A stretch of 62,036 nt of DNA from Candidatus Hermodarchaeota archaeon (GCA_016840135.1 JAEOSX010000188.1:1-62036); one strand, 5' to 3'. Shown: positions 45,391 to 54,130, counted from the stretch's first letter. The notes: a model not told the origin generated them from the sequence alone. A program made the numbers and translations.

Positions 45391-45568
45391 GCAATTCTCT
45401 CCATATTTTTTTTGACTCCAGCCTTCCTGTTCACTCTTCTTAGTTTAAATTTAAACCTTCCTTCTTTCACTCGAGTAGCAAACCTACCCTTGCATAATTC
45501 ATAATTATCGAAAAAGTGTTCACGTAGTAAGCTAGATAACAAGGTACTGATAAAAGACCTTTGGCAGG
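45391..45568. promoter_or_regulatory. divergent promoter region with a palindromic TATA element
   Basis: A perfect 12-nt palindrome TTTAAATTTAAA at 45444..45455 lies between the divergently transcribed GTPase and HAD-kinase genes. Confidence 0.4.
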
Positions 45569-46873
45569 ATGATAAAGAGTATGGCACAGGCAGAGCGAAG
45601 ACGGTTGATTGTATTTGATGTGGACGGGGTCATCATCAGGGGTTTTTGGCTTTCCCAAATAACTGCCCGTCTAGGTATCATCAAATCCTTCGCCCTTGGC
45701 ATTCTCCTTATCCTATATGAAGCACGAATCATGGAGGTCACATCCCTAATGAGGTATGCCTATCGTTTGCTGCGTGGTGTACCTAAGGAATGGCTGCTCC
45801 GAATGACAAGCCAATCCGATCTAGTTCGAGGTGTCCCAGAAACTATACAACTTCTCAAACAGCAGGGACATATCCTCGTTTTAATAAGCTCTGGAATTCC
45901 TGATTTTGTAGTCAGTCGGTTATCAAAAATAATTGGCGCGCAATTCGCGTATGGATTATGTCTAGAAGCTAAGGATGGGCTCCTCACTGGCCACATCTCA
46001 GCGCTTGGATCCAGAGGACAGATCAAAGTTGAATACATCAAAGATCTCATCAAAACACAACAACTCGCCGATTGTGAGCTGGTCGCCATAGCAAACGATC
46101 GGAATAACATTCCGCTCTTCGAATTCTCTTATCTACCTGTCGGTTTTCGCCCTGACCGTGTGGCACGACGCCATGTTCAACATGTTGTTACTACACCAGA
46201 TCTCAGAGCCTTACTCCCATTCATTGCTAGTCCCTCGGTTAGCGTTTATATCCCTCGACGACTAGGACAAGAAATAGTCCGGCAATTGCTCCATGCAAGT
46301 GCTGTGATTATCCCTTTTCTTTGGCTCAGTGACATCTCTTGGCATCTTCCAATACTCACAGTAATAGCGAGCGGTTCTCTACTGTTTTTAGTTTCTGAAT
46401 TGCTCAGATACTATGGAATTCGTATCCCGTTAATCTCCAAGGTTGTCCACGCTGCAGGCCGGGAAGAAGAAGTTGGGGGCTTCGTCCTATCTCCTCTCTT
46501 CTTCGCTGCAGGTGTAGCAATTCCTCTTGTTTTGTTCTCGATCCTTTTACCCTTCCCTCTTATTGCAACTGCTAGTGTTATCGCCTTCCTAGTTGGTGAT
46601 TCTTTCTCGACAATTGCTGGTCTTCTTTTTGGTCGTCACAAATGGCGTGTTAATCAGAAGAAAACCGTGGAGGGCAGCATAACTGGCTTCTCAATTGCCT
46701 TTCTGGCTCTTCTCTTCGTCGTAACTCCTCTTTCCGCCTTGTTCTGTGCTGCTCTAGCATGTTTCATTGAACTGCTTCCAGTCCCTCTAATTGATGACAA
46801 CGTTAGTGTGAGTATCCTGACTGCAACATGTTTCTGTGTGCTCCAATTCTTCGGCGTTTTCACATTCTTTTGA
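45569..46873 (+). CDS. fusion protein: HAD (phosphoserine-phosphatase-like) domain + polyprenol/dolichol kinase-type (CTP-transferase 1 family) membrane domain
   Basis: HAD motif I is IVFDVDGVI and motif II is LISSGI. The C-terminal six or seven TM helices carry FLVGDSFSTIAGLLFGRHKW...KKTVEGSITGF, typical of the SEC59/phytol-kinase/CdsA superfamily. Confidence 0.6.
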   Translation: MIKSMAQAERRRLIVFDVDGVIIRGFWLSQITARLGIIKSFALGILLILYEARIMEVTSLMRYAYRLLRGVPKEWLLRMTSQSDLVRGVPETIQLLKQQGHILVLISSGIPDFVVSRLSKIIGAQFAYGLCLEAKDGLLTGHISALGSRGQIKVEYIKDLIKTQQLADCELVAIANDRNNIPLFEFSYLPVGFRPDRVARRHVQHVVTTPDLRALLPFIASPSVSVYIPRRLGQEIVRQLLHASAVIIPFLWLSDISWHLPILTVIASGSLLFLVSELLRYYGIRIPLISKVVHAAGREEEVGGFVLSPLFFAAGVAIPLVLFSILLPFPLIATASVIAFLVGDSFSTIAGLLFGRHKWRVNQKKTVEGSITGFSIAFLALLFVVTPLSALFCAALACFIELLPVPLIDDNVSVSILTATCFCVLQFFGVFTFF

Positions 46874-46943
46874 GTGTTTTTGTGCACTCAAGGCGAACTT
46901 TTTAGCTTCGTTTTCAGCAAGTATCGAGTAGTGCTGTTAAGGA

Positions 46944-47873
46944 ATGAGTGATATGCCTAGACTTACTTGCAGTCAATGTGGGCGAAGGCTCAAACCCCGT
47001 GCCAAGTTTTGCTCTTATTGCGGTAAACCAATTAGCGATTCCCCGAAATCTTCAATACCCGCCCAGGGTGTTACTCCAGCAACTATCCCTCACAGGTCCC
47101 GCAGAGCGGAAACAGAAGCACACCCCTCTACTGAGCCGATGCCTCAGGTAGTAGAAGCAGCATTAATTCTCAGAGGAAAATTAGCAAAACTACTTTCTGA
47201 AAGGGATATACTAGAAGAGGAAATTGAAACAGTACGCGTTAAACAGTTAGTTGGAGAACTATCTGAAGCCGCCGCCAAGAAGAGGATGGAGAAGCTCAAG
47301 ACGAAAATTAATCGGCTTGCTAGAGAAATTAAAGAACTCGAGGGTAAAACAGGCACACCTCTTGAGAAGCTAGAACAAGAACACATAACTCACGCTGAAC
47401 GCCTCCAAAAGCTCGAAACCCTGTACCAGTCAGGAGAAGTAGAACAATCAATTTATGAACGTTTAGTCAACGAATACAGAAACAAACTCGCAGACATTGT
47501 CAAAAAATTAGAGGCAGAGCGTGGAAAAGCTCAGCAGTGGCTAACCGAACTAGAATCTCGTCAACAGCAACTTGAGTTTGATAAGGAAACATTCGGGGTT
47601 CGAGCAAAACTAGATGAACTCCCTCAAAGCCAGGTCACTAGACGGTTACAAAGTATCGAACAAGAATTATCAAAAATAAGCCAGGTCGTCATTGGACTTC
47701 GCGCGCTTCTAGGTGTGTCCCCCACCTCCTTAAGTGGGGAATCTTCGCCACGATTGTCAAGGGATACTCGTTCCTCTTCTAGAACAGCACATCCGGGTAA
47801 ATGTCCAAATTGTGGTGGCACTGTTCCCTCCGGTAGTAAATGGTGTTACCATTGCGGGAATATGATAGATTAG
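46944..47873 (+). CDS. double zinc-ribbon coiled-coil protein with SHOCT-like repeats
   Basis: N-terminal CSQCG...CSYCG and C-terminal CPNCG...CYHCG ribbons flank ~200 aa of heptad-rich sequence with three G-E-[LV]-x-x-x-x-[YA]-x-x-[RL] repeats. Confidence 0.55.
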   Translation: MSDMPRLTCSQCGRRLKPRAKFCSYCGKPISDSPKSSIPAQGVTPATIPHRSRRAETEAHPSTEPMPQVVEAALILRGKLAKLLSERDILEEEIETVRVKQLVGELSEAAAKKRMEKLKTKINRLAREIKELEGKTGTPLEKLEQEHITHAERLQKLETLYQSGEVEQSIYERLVNEYRNKLADIVKKLEAERGKAQQWLTELESRQQQLEFDKETFGVRAKLDELPQSQVTRRLQSIEQELSKISQVVIGLRALLGVSPTSLSGESSPRLSRDTRSSSRTAHPGKCPNCGGTVPSGSKWCYHCGNMID

Positions 47874-47919
47874 TACAAACCAGTTCTAGCAAACATTTTA
47901 TCGACTTTATCTTTGAATT

Positions 47920-48447
47920 TCAAGTAGAAGAAAAGTCGAAGCTTACTTCTTCGTATCCACCAACTAGTTCTCCTTTTCTTGACCAAACAAGAAGGAGTGG
48001 TCCACGGACCTCGAAATCCATGGGCGTTACAACTTCTTTGATTTGAGTTTCTGGTGGCCAGAGGTAGAGCACTTCTATATCATATTCCGAGACTTCCTCC
48101 TCTACATTGCTGGTAAGTGTGTTAACACCAGGCTGAACCTGTCCTTGGAAGAATACCACCCACTTAATATAGGGGATGTCTGCAGCACCGCGCAATCCGA
48201 TGTCTACGTGAAGAATCTTCTGCTCAACACGCTGACCATTGATAAAGACCTGTTCTGCATCAAGAAAGGCTTGCATGTTTCTACAAAGGCTCTCTGCTTC
48301 TTGTGTGAATGCTTTTGAATCAAGCAATATCCTTTCATAGTATCCATCGGGGTCAGCATAGTCGTAACAAATAACCTGGTAGATCTGGAGTGTAGTGGAG
48401 ATTGTGAAGTATGATGAAGCAAAAAGAGGTATGACTCTAGACTCCAT
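47920..48447 (-). CDS. hypothetical protein (orphan, beta-rich)
   Basis: 175-aa ORF with an ATG start, co-directional with and downstream of the Roadblock gene. No motif recognised. Confidence 0.45.
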   Translation of the reverse strand: MESRVIPLFASSYFTISTTLQIYQVICYDYADPDGYYERILLDSKAFTQEAESLCRNMQAFLDAEQVFINGQRVEQKILHVDIGLRGAADIPYIKWVVFFQGQVQPGVNTLTSNVEEEVSEYDIEVLYLWPPETQIKEVVTPMDFEVRGPLLLVWSRKGELVGGYEEVSFDFSST

Positions 48448-48628
48448 TTTTTATTCACCGAAATAACTCTTAAGTAACTTGTTTCATAACACTACTTGGC
48501 GGCGATGAGGAAAACCTGAGTACCGCGGACGTAAAAGAATGACGCACGACGGGCGGACTGAGCTGCTGCTTTTCAATCCACTTCTGAATTACAATCATAA
48601 AAAACTGGTAGCAAGAGTCAATCAACGC

Positions 48629-49036
48629 TCAACCTTGCAGTACCCTTTCAATCTCTTTACTGAAACGCTTCAGTGCCAAGAAAACCATACCAAGGTTAGC
48701 AGTTTTCTTTACTAGCGAAGTCAAAATGGCATTATCTCCTGCACCTTTGAGGATAATATATCCTTGTTCTGCTTCGATAGTTACCTGCTGGAGTTTCCCA
48801 CGGGGAATCTCAGTTAGAGCTCGTTCTGCAACACCGAGAAGAGCTGCGGTCATAGCAGCTACAATCGCCTCATTAACAGTTTGCGGCATTGCAGCCACAA
48901 TCGGCAGACCTTGTGTTGTCACTATGGCACTAGCCTCAATTCCAGGTGCTGTACCTTCCATTTGTCGAAGGAGGTCTTGTAGCTGTTTAGCAGTTGCAGA
49001 CATTGCATCCCCAGTATTTTCTATATTCTCAAACAC
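48629..49036 (-). CDS. Roadblock/LC7 (MglB-like) domain protein
   Basis: PGIEASAIVTTQGLPIVAAMP....AAMTAALLGVAERA...L..VTIEAEQGYIILKGAGDNAILTSLV is the typical Robl_LC7 pattern, ~135 aa. Confidence 0.75.
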   Translation of the reverse strand: MFENIENTGDAMSATAKQLQDLLRQMEGTAPGIEASAIVTTQGLPIVAAMPQTVNEAIVAAMTAALLGVAERALTEIPRGKLQQVTIEAEQGYIILKGAGDNAILTSLVKKTANLGMVFLALKRFSKEIERVLQG

Positions 49037-49160
49037 CTAAAATTGTTCTGGTTAAAGAATAGAAAAATGCGCGTTTTGACCTGACTATCACTTCTTGGAA
49101 GTAAACCTTAAAGAGTGGTGTAATATTTTGGCTCAACGAGAAAAACACTAAGTGATTACA

Positions 49161-50171
49161 ATGCCAGGACCTTTACCCTCCGAGGAAGAAGCTACTAGCT
49201 CCTCTACAGGACCCAGTGAAAAACAAACCGACACTAAAACTAAACCAGCTGCACAAGAACCAGAAGAATCGGAGGAAGCTACTTCAGAAGAGAAATACAG
49301 ACAGGCAGGAGAGATAGCCCGACAAGTTAGAGATGAGATTGCCTTAACAATAAAATTAGGTGCTAGGGCCTACGACCTCTGTGAAACCGCGGAAGCGCGA
49401 ATCCTCGAACTTGGTGGAAGTGTTGCTTTCCCAACAAATATCTCAATAAACGAGGTGGCTGCGCACTACTCAAGCCCCGAAAACGATGAAACTGTCATCA
49501 AAGAAGGCGACATCGTCAAACTTGACATTGGCGTTCATATCGATGGATACATCGCTGATACAGCGTTAACCATCGGCTTTAATCCCGAATTAGAAAAACT
49601 AGTAGAAGCAAGCCGAGAAGCTCTCAACAAAGCCCTTGAACTAGTAAAACCAAAAGTAAACTCGAAGGATATAGGTAAAATAATCGAAGACACAATTCGT
49701 GGCTACGGGTACAGACCTATCCGTGATCTTAGTGGGCATCAACTCGATGAGTACGTTCTTCATGGTCCAAAGAATCTCCCGAATATAGCAGTTCCACATG
49801 GTGTGCCTTTGGAAGAAGGTGAAGCCTATGCTCTGGAAACCTTTGCTAGTACCGGCACAGGCAGTGTCCACGACACTGGACAGTACTACATCTTCAGCCT
49901 CCAGCCTATACGCAAACCTCTCCGAAATCGCGGGGCTCGTGACATTGTTCGACTCGTGGCTCGTGAATTCAAAAGCCTTCCATTCAGCCGCCGCTACCTC
50001 TCAAAGCACATCCCCAAACTTAGTCTCGCTTTGGGGTTACGAGAACTAACAATGAAAAGTGTTCTACGTCAATACAGTGTTCTTGCAGATTCAAAAGGTA
50101 GCCATGTATCACAAGCAGAACACACATTCCTTGTCACTAAAGATGGCGCCGAGATAACTACTGACAAGTAA
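49161..50171 (+). CDS. map: methionine aminopeptidase, type 2, with an acidic/Ser-Thr-rich N-terminal extension
   Basis: The pita-bread core has FPTNISINEVAAHYSP, DIGVHIDGYIADTA, GHQL and EHTFLVT. It is preceded by ~45 aa: PGPLPSEEEATSSSTGPSEKQTDTKTKPAAQEPEESEEATSEE. Confidence 0.9.
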   Translation: MPGPLPSEEEATSSSTGPSEKQTDTKTKPAAQEPEESEEATSEEKYRQAGEIARQVRDEIALTIKLGARAYDLCETAEARILELGGSVAFPTNISINEVAAHYSSPENDETVIKEGDIVKLDIGVHIDGYIADTALTIGFNPELEKLVEASREALNKALELVKPKVNSKDIGKIIEDTIRGYGYRPIRDLSGHQLDEYVLHGPKNLPNIAVPHGVPLEEGEAYALETFASTGTGSVHDTGQYYIFSLQPIRKPLRNRGARDIVRLVAREFKSLPFSRRYLSKHIPKLSLALGLRELTMKSVLRQYSVLADSKGSHVSQAEHTFLVTKDGAEITTDK

Positions 50172-50470
50172 ACACTTGCTGAAAAGAATCGGAATCTCTC
50201 AAGAGAATCATACAAGACAGGCCTTGGGAATAAGATTTAAAAGGTTGGAAAGCCGCATCTCATATGGGAGACTTAAAAAAGTTTCGCCAAAAAAGCGGGG
50301 AAAAATTCCATCATCAACAATTCATTGTTGTTCCAGTATTCGATACAAGACGGAACAGAGAAGGCAAGAAAAAGTGCTTGCCAGACACAGGGACTTCGTT
50401 CTCTAAACAGTGATGCGATATTCTAGCCCCGCGTCTCAAGGAAGACGCAAAAAAAAGAAGGATTGATAAG

Positions 50471-51433
50471 TTGGTTGAAGAAACCCCTTTTGAAGAAGTG
50501 AGCCCCGATTCATTAGCCCACCTCGAAGCAACTCGTCGTTGCCCTGATTGCGGGGACAGTAATGTCATCCGCGATCCAGCTCGCGGCGAAATCATCTGTA
50601 CCAGCTGCGGCCTCGTTCTCGACACTCACCTTGTCGACCAAGGACCCGAGTGGCGTGCGTTCACCAGTCAGGAGCGTGATAAACGAAGTCGGGTTGGCAG
50701 CCCTATGTCATACACAATTCATGACAAGGGTCTAAGTACAGTGATTGACTGGCGTAACCGAGACGCCTACGGAAAGAAACTAGCCCCCCACCGACGAGCT
50801 CAAATATATCGACTCAGGAAATGGCAAATCCGCACTAGAGTACACTCAAGTATCGACCGAAACCTTGCTTACGCAATGAGTGAGCTAGACCGGCTCACCA
50901 GTCAGCTGGGCGTACCCCGCCCAGTGAAAGAAGCAGCTGCTATCCTTTACCGCCGTGCCATCGAACGGCGCTTGATTCGTGGCCGCAGCATTGAAGCCAT
51001 GATTGCCTCTAGCGTGTACGCAGCATGTCGTCTCCGGCATGTTCCACGAACACTAGACGAAGTCGCTCACCATTCCCGAATTAACCGTAAGGAACTCGGT
51101 CGTTGTTATCGGCTTCTACTACGTGAACTAGAAGTACGAATCCCAATCGCCTCTCCCACTGATTTCATACCACGTTTCGCCCAAGCACTGGGCTTGAGTA
51201 GCCGCGTTCAACAACATGCAGCAGAAATTATCAAAGCAGCCCGAGCCAAGGGCATCACCGCTGGTAAGGACCCTACAGGTCTTGCCGCAGCATCTCTTTA
51301 CATCGCGTCTATTAAGGAAGGCGAACGGCGAACTCAACGAGAAATCGCTGAAATCAGCCATGTTACCGAAGTTACTGTCAGAAACCGTTACAAAGAGCTC
51401 GTCCGTGAGCTTGGTCTTCAAGTCGAGATCTGA
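50471..51433 (+). CDS. tfb: transcription initiation factor IIB (TFB)
   Basis: Zn ribbon CPDCG...CTSCG, a B-reader/linker, and two cyclin-fold repeats (GRSIEAMIASSVYAACR, GKDPTGLAAASLYIAS). Confidence 0.95.
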   Translation: MVEETPFEEVSPDSLAHLEATRRCPDCGDSNVIRDPARGEIICTSCGLVLDTHLVDQGPEWRAFTSQERDKRSRVGSPMSYTIHDKGLSTVIDWRNRDAYGKKLAPHRRAQIYRLRKWQIRTRVHSSIDRNLAYAMSELDRLTSQLGVPRPVKEAAAILYRRAIERRLIRGRSIEAMIASSVYAACRLRHVPRTLDEVAHHSRINRKELGRCYRLLLRELEVRIPIASPTDFIPRFAQALGLSSRVQQHAAEIIKAARAKGITAGKDPTGLAAASLYIASIKEGERRTQREIAEISHVTEVTVRNRYKELVRELGLQVEI

Positions 51434-51539
51434 GCACCCGTTCAGGTCTCCTTTCCCTTTTTCTATCGAGCAATCACGTTGGCAAGGATGGCATCTATTT
51501 ACAGCTGCTCTTTTATCAAGCATTGCATATGACTGAAGT

Positions 51540-52223
51540 ATGATGGAACGAGTTGTTCAGGAACTCGTTGTAGAGCTAAAGTCTAAAGGAAACTTGGTAG
51601 AAGCAGATGCCATAAGTAAATACCTAAAGACCTCCAGCCTACAGTTCTTCGGCAACCGCTTACCAGTAATCCGACAAACAGCTAAACAATACGCAAAACA
51701 AATACCAGAAACTTTCTTCACAGATTTCTTACAAAGCTTGTGGGGGTTCCGCATCTTCGACATACGAAGAGCAGCAACGGAAGCGATGCTTCAATTCCTT
51801 AAACGAGGAATGATAGAACAACAGGCTCTTCCCATCGTCGATAATTGGCTCGAAGATATAGATACTTGGGCACTAACAGATCCCCTAGGTTGGTGCGTAA
51901 GCAAACTACTCATTAACAACCCAAAACTGAAGGAAGTTCTCAAAGAGTGGGGCAACAGCGAGAATATATGTCGTCGCAGAATGGCTATCCTACCATACGT
52001 GGACCTATGCCTTCGAGGCCAGTACCGCAAGGAGTACGCCCCTTGGATTCTAGAAACAATCACACCACATATCAGTAATAGAGAGTTCTACATTCAACGC
52101 GCGGTAGGCTGGGCGCTGCGTCAGCTAAGCTATCACGAACCTGAGATTGTCCGCCGCTTCATCGCGCAACATAAATCAGAGATGACTCGTCTAGTTATCC
52201 GAGAGGGAAGCCGAAAGCTCTAG
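51540..52223 (+). CDS. DNA alkylation repair protein (AlkD/AlkC-like HEAT-repeat family)
   Basis: FFGNRLPVIRQTAKQY, DTWALTDPLG, EFYIQRAVGWALRQLSYHEPEIVRRFI. Confidence 0.7.
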   Translation: MMERVVQELVVELKSKGNLVEADAISKYLKTSSLQFFGNRLPVIRQTAKQYAKQIPETFFTDFLQSLWGFRIFDIRRAATEAMLQFLKRGMIEQQALPIVDNWLEDIDTWALTDPLGWCVSKLLINNPKLKEVLKEWGNSENICRRRMAILPYVDLCLRGQYRKEYAPWILETITPHISNREFYIQRAVGWALRQLSYHEPEIVRRFIAQHKSEMTRLVIREGSRKL

Positions 52224-52263
52224 AATTCAGGGTCACAACAGCACAAGGGCGTCGTTCTACATG

Positions 52264-52279
52264 AAAAATCTTGATTTTT
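52264..52279 (+). terminator. short hairpin/T-run terminator candidate
   Basis: AAAAATC-TT-GATTTTT is a perfect inverted repeat ending in T5, ~40 nt after the alkD-like stop. Confidence 0.3.
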
Positions 52280-52371
52280 AGTCCCCGCCAAAAGGTAAAT
52301 CAACAAGAAGTTAACAATAGTGTTTAACATTCTGCCTTATTATAATTGAAAAATATGGAGCTAAGGAAAAC

Positions 52372-54120
52372 ATGAAAGAACAACTATGGCACAAACACAA
52401 ATGGCCGAAACAGGTCAGAAAAACAATAGACTACCCAGTAAAACCACTATTCCATCTCTTGGACAGAGCAGCCGACAAATCTCCCGACAACCCCTACACC
52501 ATTTACGGACCACCAAGAACATACGCACAAGTCCGTGAGGCTGCGGATAAAATCGCCAACTACCTCCACAGCATCGGTATCAAGAAAGGCGATAAAGTCG
52601 CGATGTTTTTGCCCAACACTCCTCACTATCCACCGATTTTCTTTGGAATCCTGAAGGCGGGCGCCGTCTGTGTCACAGCGAATCCACAGTACACAGCCCC
52701 TGAGCTTAAGCACCAGCTCAAAGACTCAGGAGCCAAAGCTGTTTTCGTCTTCGACCACCCCAAGTTCACACCTGCATGCTATGAAGCAATCAAAGGCACC
52801 AAAGTCAAACAGGTCATAGTGTGCAACATCAAGCCTTTCCTCTCTGGAGCCAAAGGCCTCATTGGTGGCCTTTTCGGTAAGATACCAAAGTCACCCCACC
52901 ATGAAGAAGACAAAACAATCTTCTACAAAGAAATCATGGAAAAGTACGAGGCAAAACCCCCTAAAGTGACAATCAAACCCAAAACGGACCTAGCCCTAAT
53001 CCTCTATACTGGAGGTACAACAGGAGTTCCCAAGGGTGCAAGCCTCACACACTATAACATGTATTGCAATGTCATTCAGATACACGAGTGGGTCTGGCTT
53101 AAACCGAAGGGTGGCGGGAAGGCTAAACAGCTAGAGTACGGTAACGAGGTCTTTATCGGTGCACTTCCATGGTACCACAGCTACGGACTAACCTTGACGA
53201 TGATCGCCTCTGTCTATTATGCAGCCAAGCTTGTCTGTATTCCCGACCCCCGAGCAGGTAAACCTCCCCTCACTGACCTCCTCAAAGCAATCCAGAAACA
53301 CAAAGGCACAATACTCCACGCCGTCCCGACACTATACGCTGGCATAGCTTATCACGAAAACATCACAAAATTCGACCTCAGCAGCATCAAGGCATGCGGG
53401 TCGGGCGCAGCACCCCTTCCACCAGCCACCGCAAGAGACTTCGAAAAGGCAACTGGCGCAATCCTCTTCGAAGGCTATGGCTTAACAGAGACTGCCCCAA
53501 TGGCTACTGCAAATCCCTCGAGTGTTCGAGACCGGAAATTCGGAAGTATCGGATTCCCAATCAGCGACACCATCCTCAAAATCATGGACATCGAAAAAGG
53601 CAAGACCGAGTTGAAGCAAGGCGAAACAGGCGAAATCGCCATCCACGGACCCCAAGTCATGAAGGGCTACTGGGGGATGGTGAAGGAGACCAAAGCGGTC
53701 ATGCAAACCATTGGCGGCAAACGCTTCTTCCTCTCTGGCGACATCGGACACATAGACAAACAGGGCTACTTCGTCATAACCGACCGGAAAAAAGATATGA
53801 TAATCTCTGGGGGCTTCAAAATCTATCCCCGAGAGGTCGAGGATGTTCTTATTGAACACCCGAAGATCATCTTAGCGGCTGTTATCGGCATTCCAGTGAA
53901 GGACAAGCCTGGGAGTGAGACCATCAAGGCATATGTCGTGTTGGCACCAGGTACAACAGCGACGCCCAAGGAACTTGTTTCATGGGCTGAGAAACGTCTG
54001 ACGCGGTACAAGCGACCTAAGGAAATCGAGATTCGCGATTCGCTGCCCCAGACCAATGTGGGCAAGGTTCTCCGCAGGGTACTCCGAGCAGAGGAACTCC
54101 AGAAGCGTGGTCTAGCATAA
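52372..54120 (+). CDS. long-chain/medium-chain fatty acid-CoA ligase (AMP-forming)
   Basis: AMP-binding motif ILYTGGTTGVPKGASLTH, YGLTET, SGDIGHIDKQGYFVITDRKKDMI, GKVLRR. Confidence 0.85.
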   Translation: MKEQLWHKHKWPKQVRKTIDYPVKPLFHLLDRAADKSPDNPYTIYGPPRTYAQVREAADKIANYLHSIGIKKGDKVAMFLPNTPHYPPIFFGILKAGAVCVTANPQYTAPELKHQLKDSGAKAVFVFDHPKFTPACYEAIKGTKVKQVIVCNIKPFLSGAKGLIGGLFGKIPKSPHHEEDKTIFYKEIMEKYEAKPPKVTIKPKTDLALILYTGGTTGVPKGASLTHYNMYCNVIQIHEWVWLKPKGGGKAKQLEYGNEVFIGALPWYHSYGLTLTMIASVYYAAKLVCIPDPRAGKPPLTDLLKAIQKHKGTILHAVPTLYAGIAYHENITKFDLSSIKACGSGAAPLPPATARDFEKATGAILFEGYGLTETAPMATANPSSVRDRKFGSIGFPISDTILKIMDIEKGKTELKQGETGEIAIHGPQVMKGYWGMVKETKAVMQTIGGKRFFLSGDIGHIDKQGYFVITDRKKDMIISGGFKIYPREVEDVLIEHPKIILAAVIGIPVKDKPGSETIKAYVVLAPGTTATPKELVSWAEKRLTRYKRPKEIEIRDSLPQTNVGKVLRRVLRAEELQKRGLA

Positions 54121-54130
54121 CCTCACTAGG

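Noticed and set aside
45387-45587. 66-aa ORF spanning the GTPase / HAD-kinase divergent promoter (also 45467..45658 and 45532..45741).
   Set aside because: It overlaps the promoter/TATA palindrome and the start of the HAD-kinase gene on the other strand. The composition is basic and unstructured, with no support for coding.
50176-50406. 76-aa ORF in the map-tfb spacer.
   Set aside because: Lys/Arg/Ser-rich with no motif and a non-ATG start context. I treat the region as non-coding (see the finding on the structured spacer), although a small basic protein cannot be strictly excluded.
53394-53855. 153-aa Arg/His-rich ORF, plus antisense ORFs, inside the acyl-CoA ligase gene.
   Set aside because: Low-complexity basic composition in an alternative frame or strand of a gene with clear AMP-binding motifs. 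I consider it spurious.
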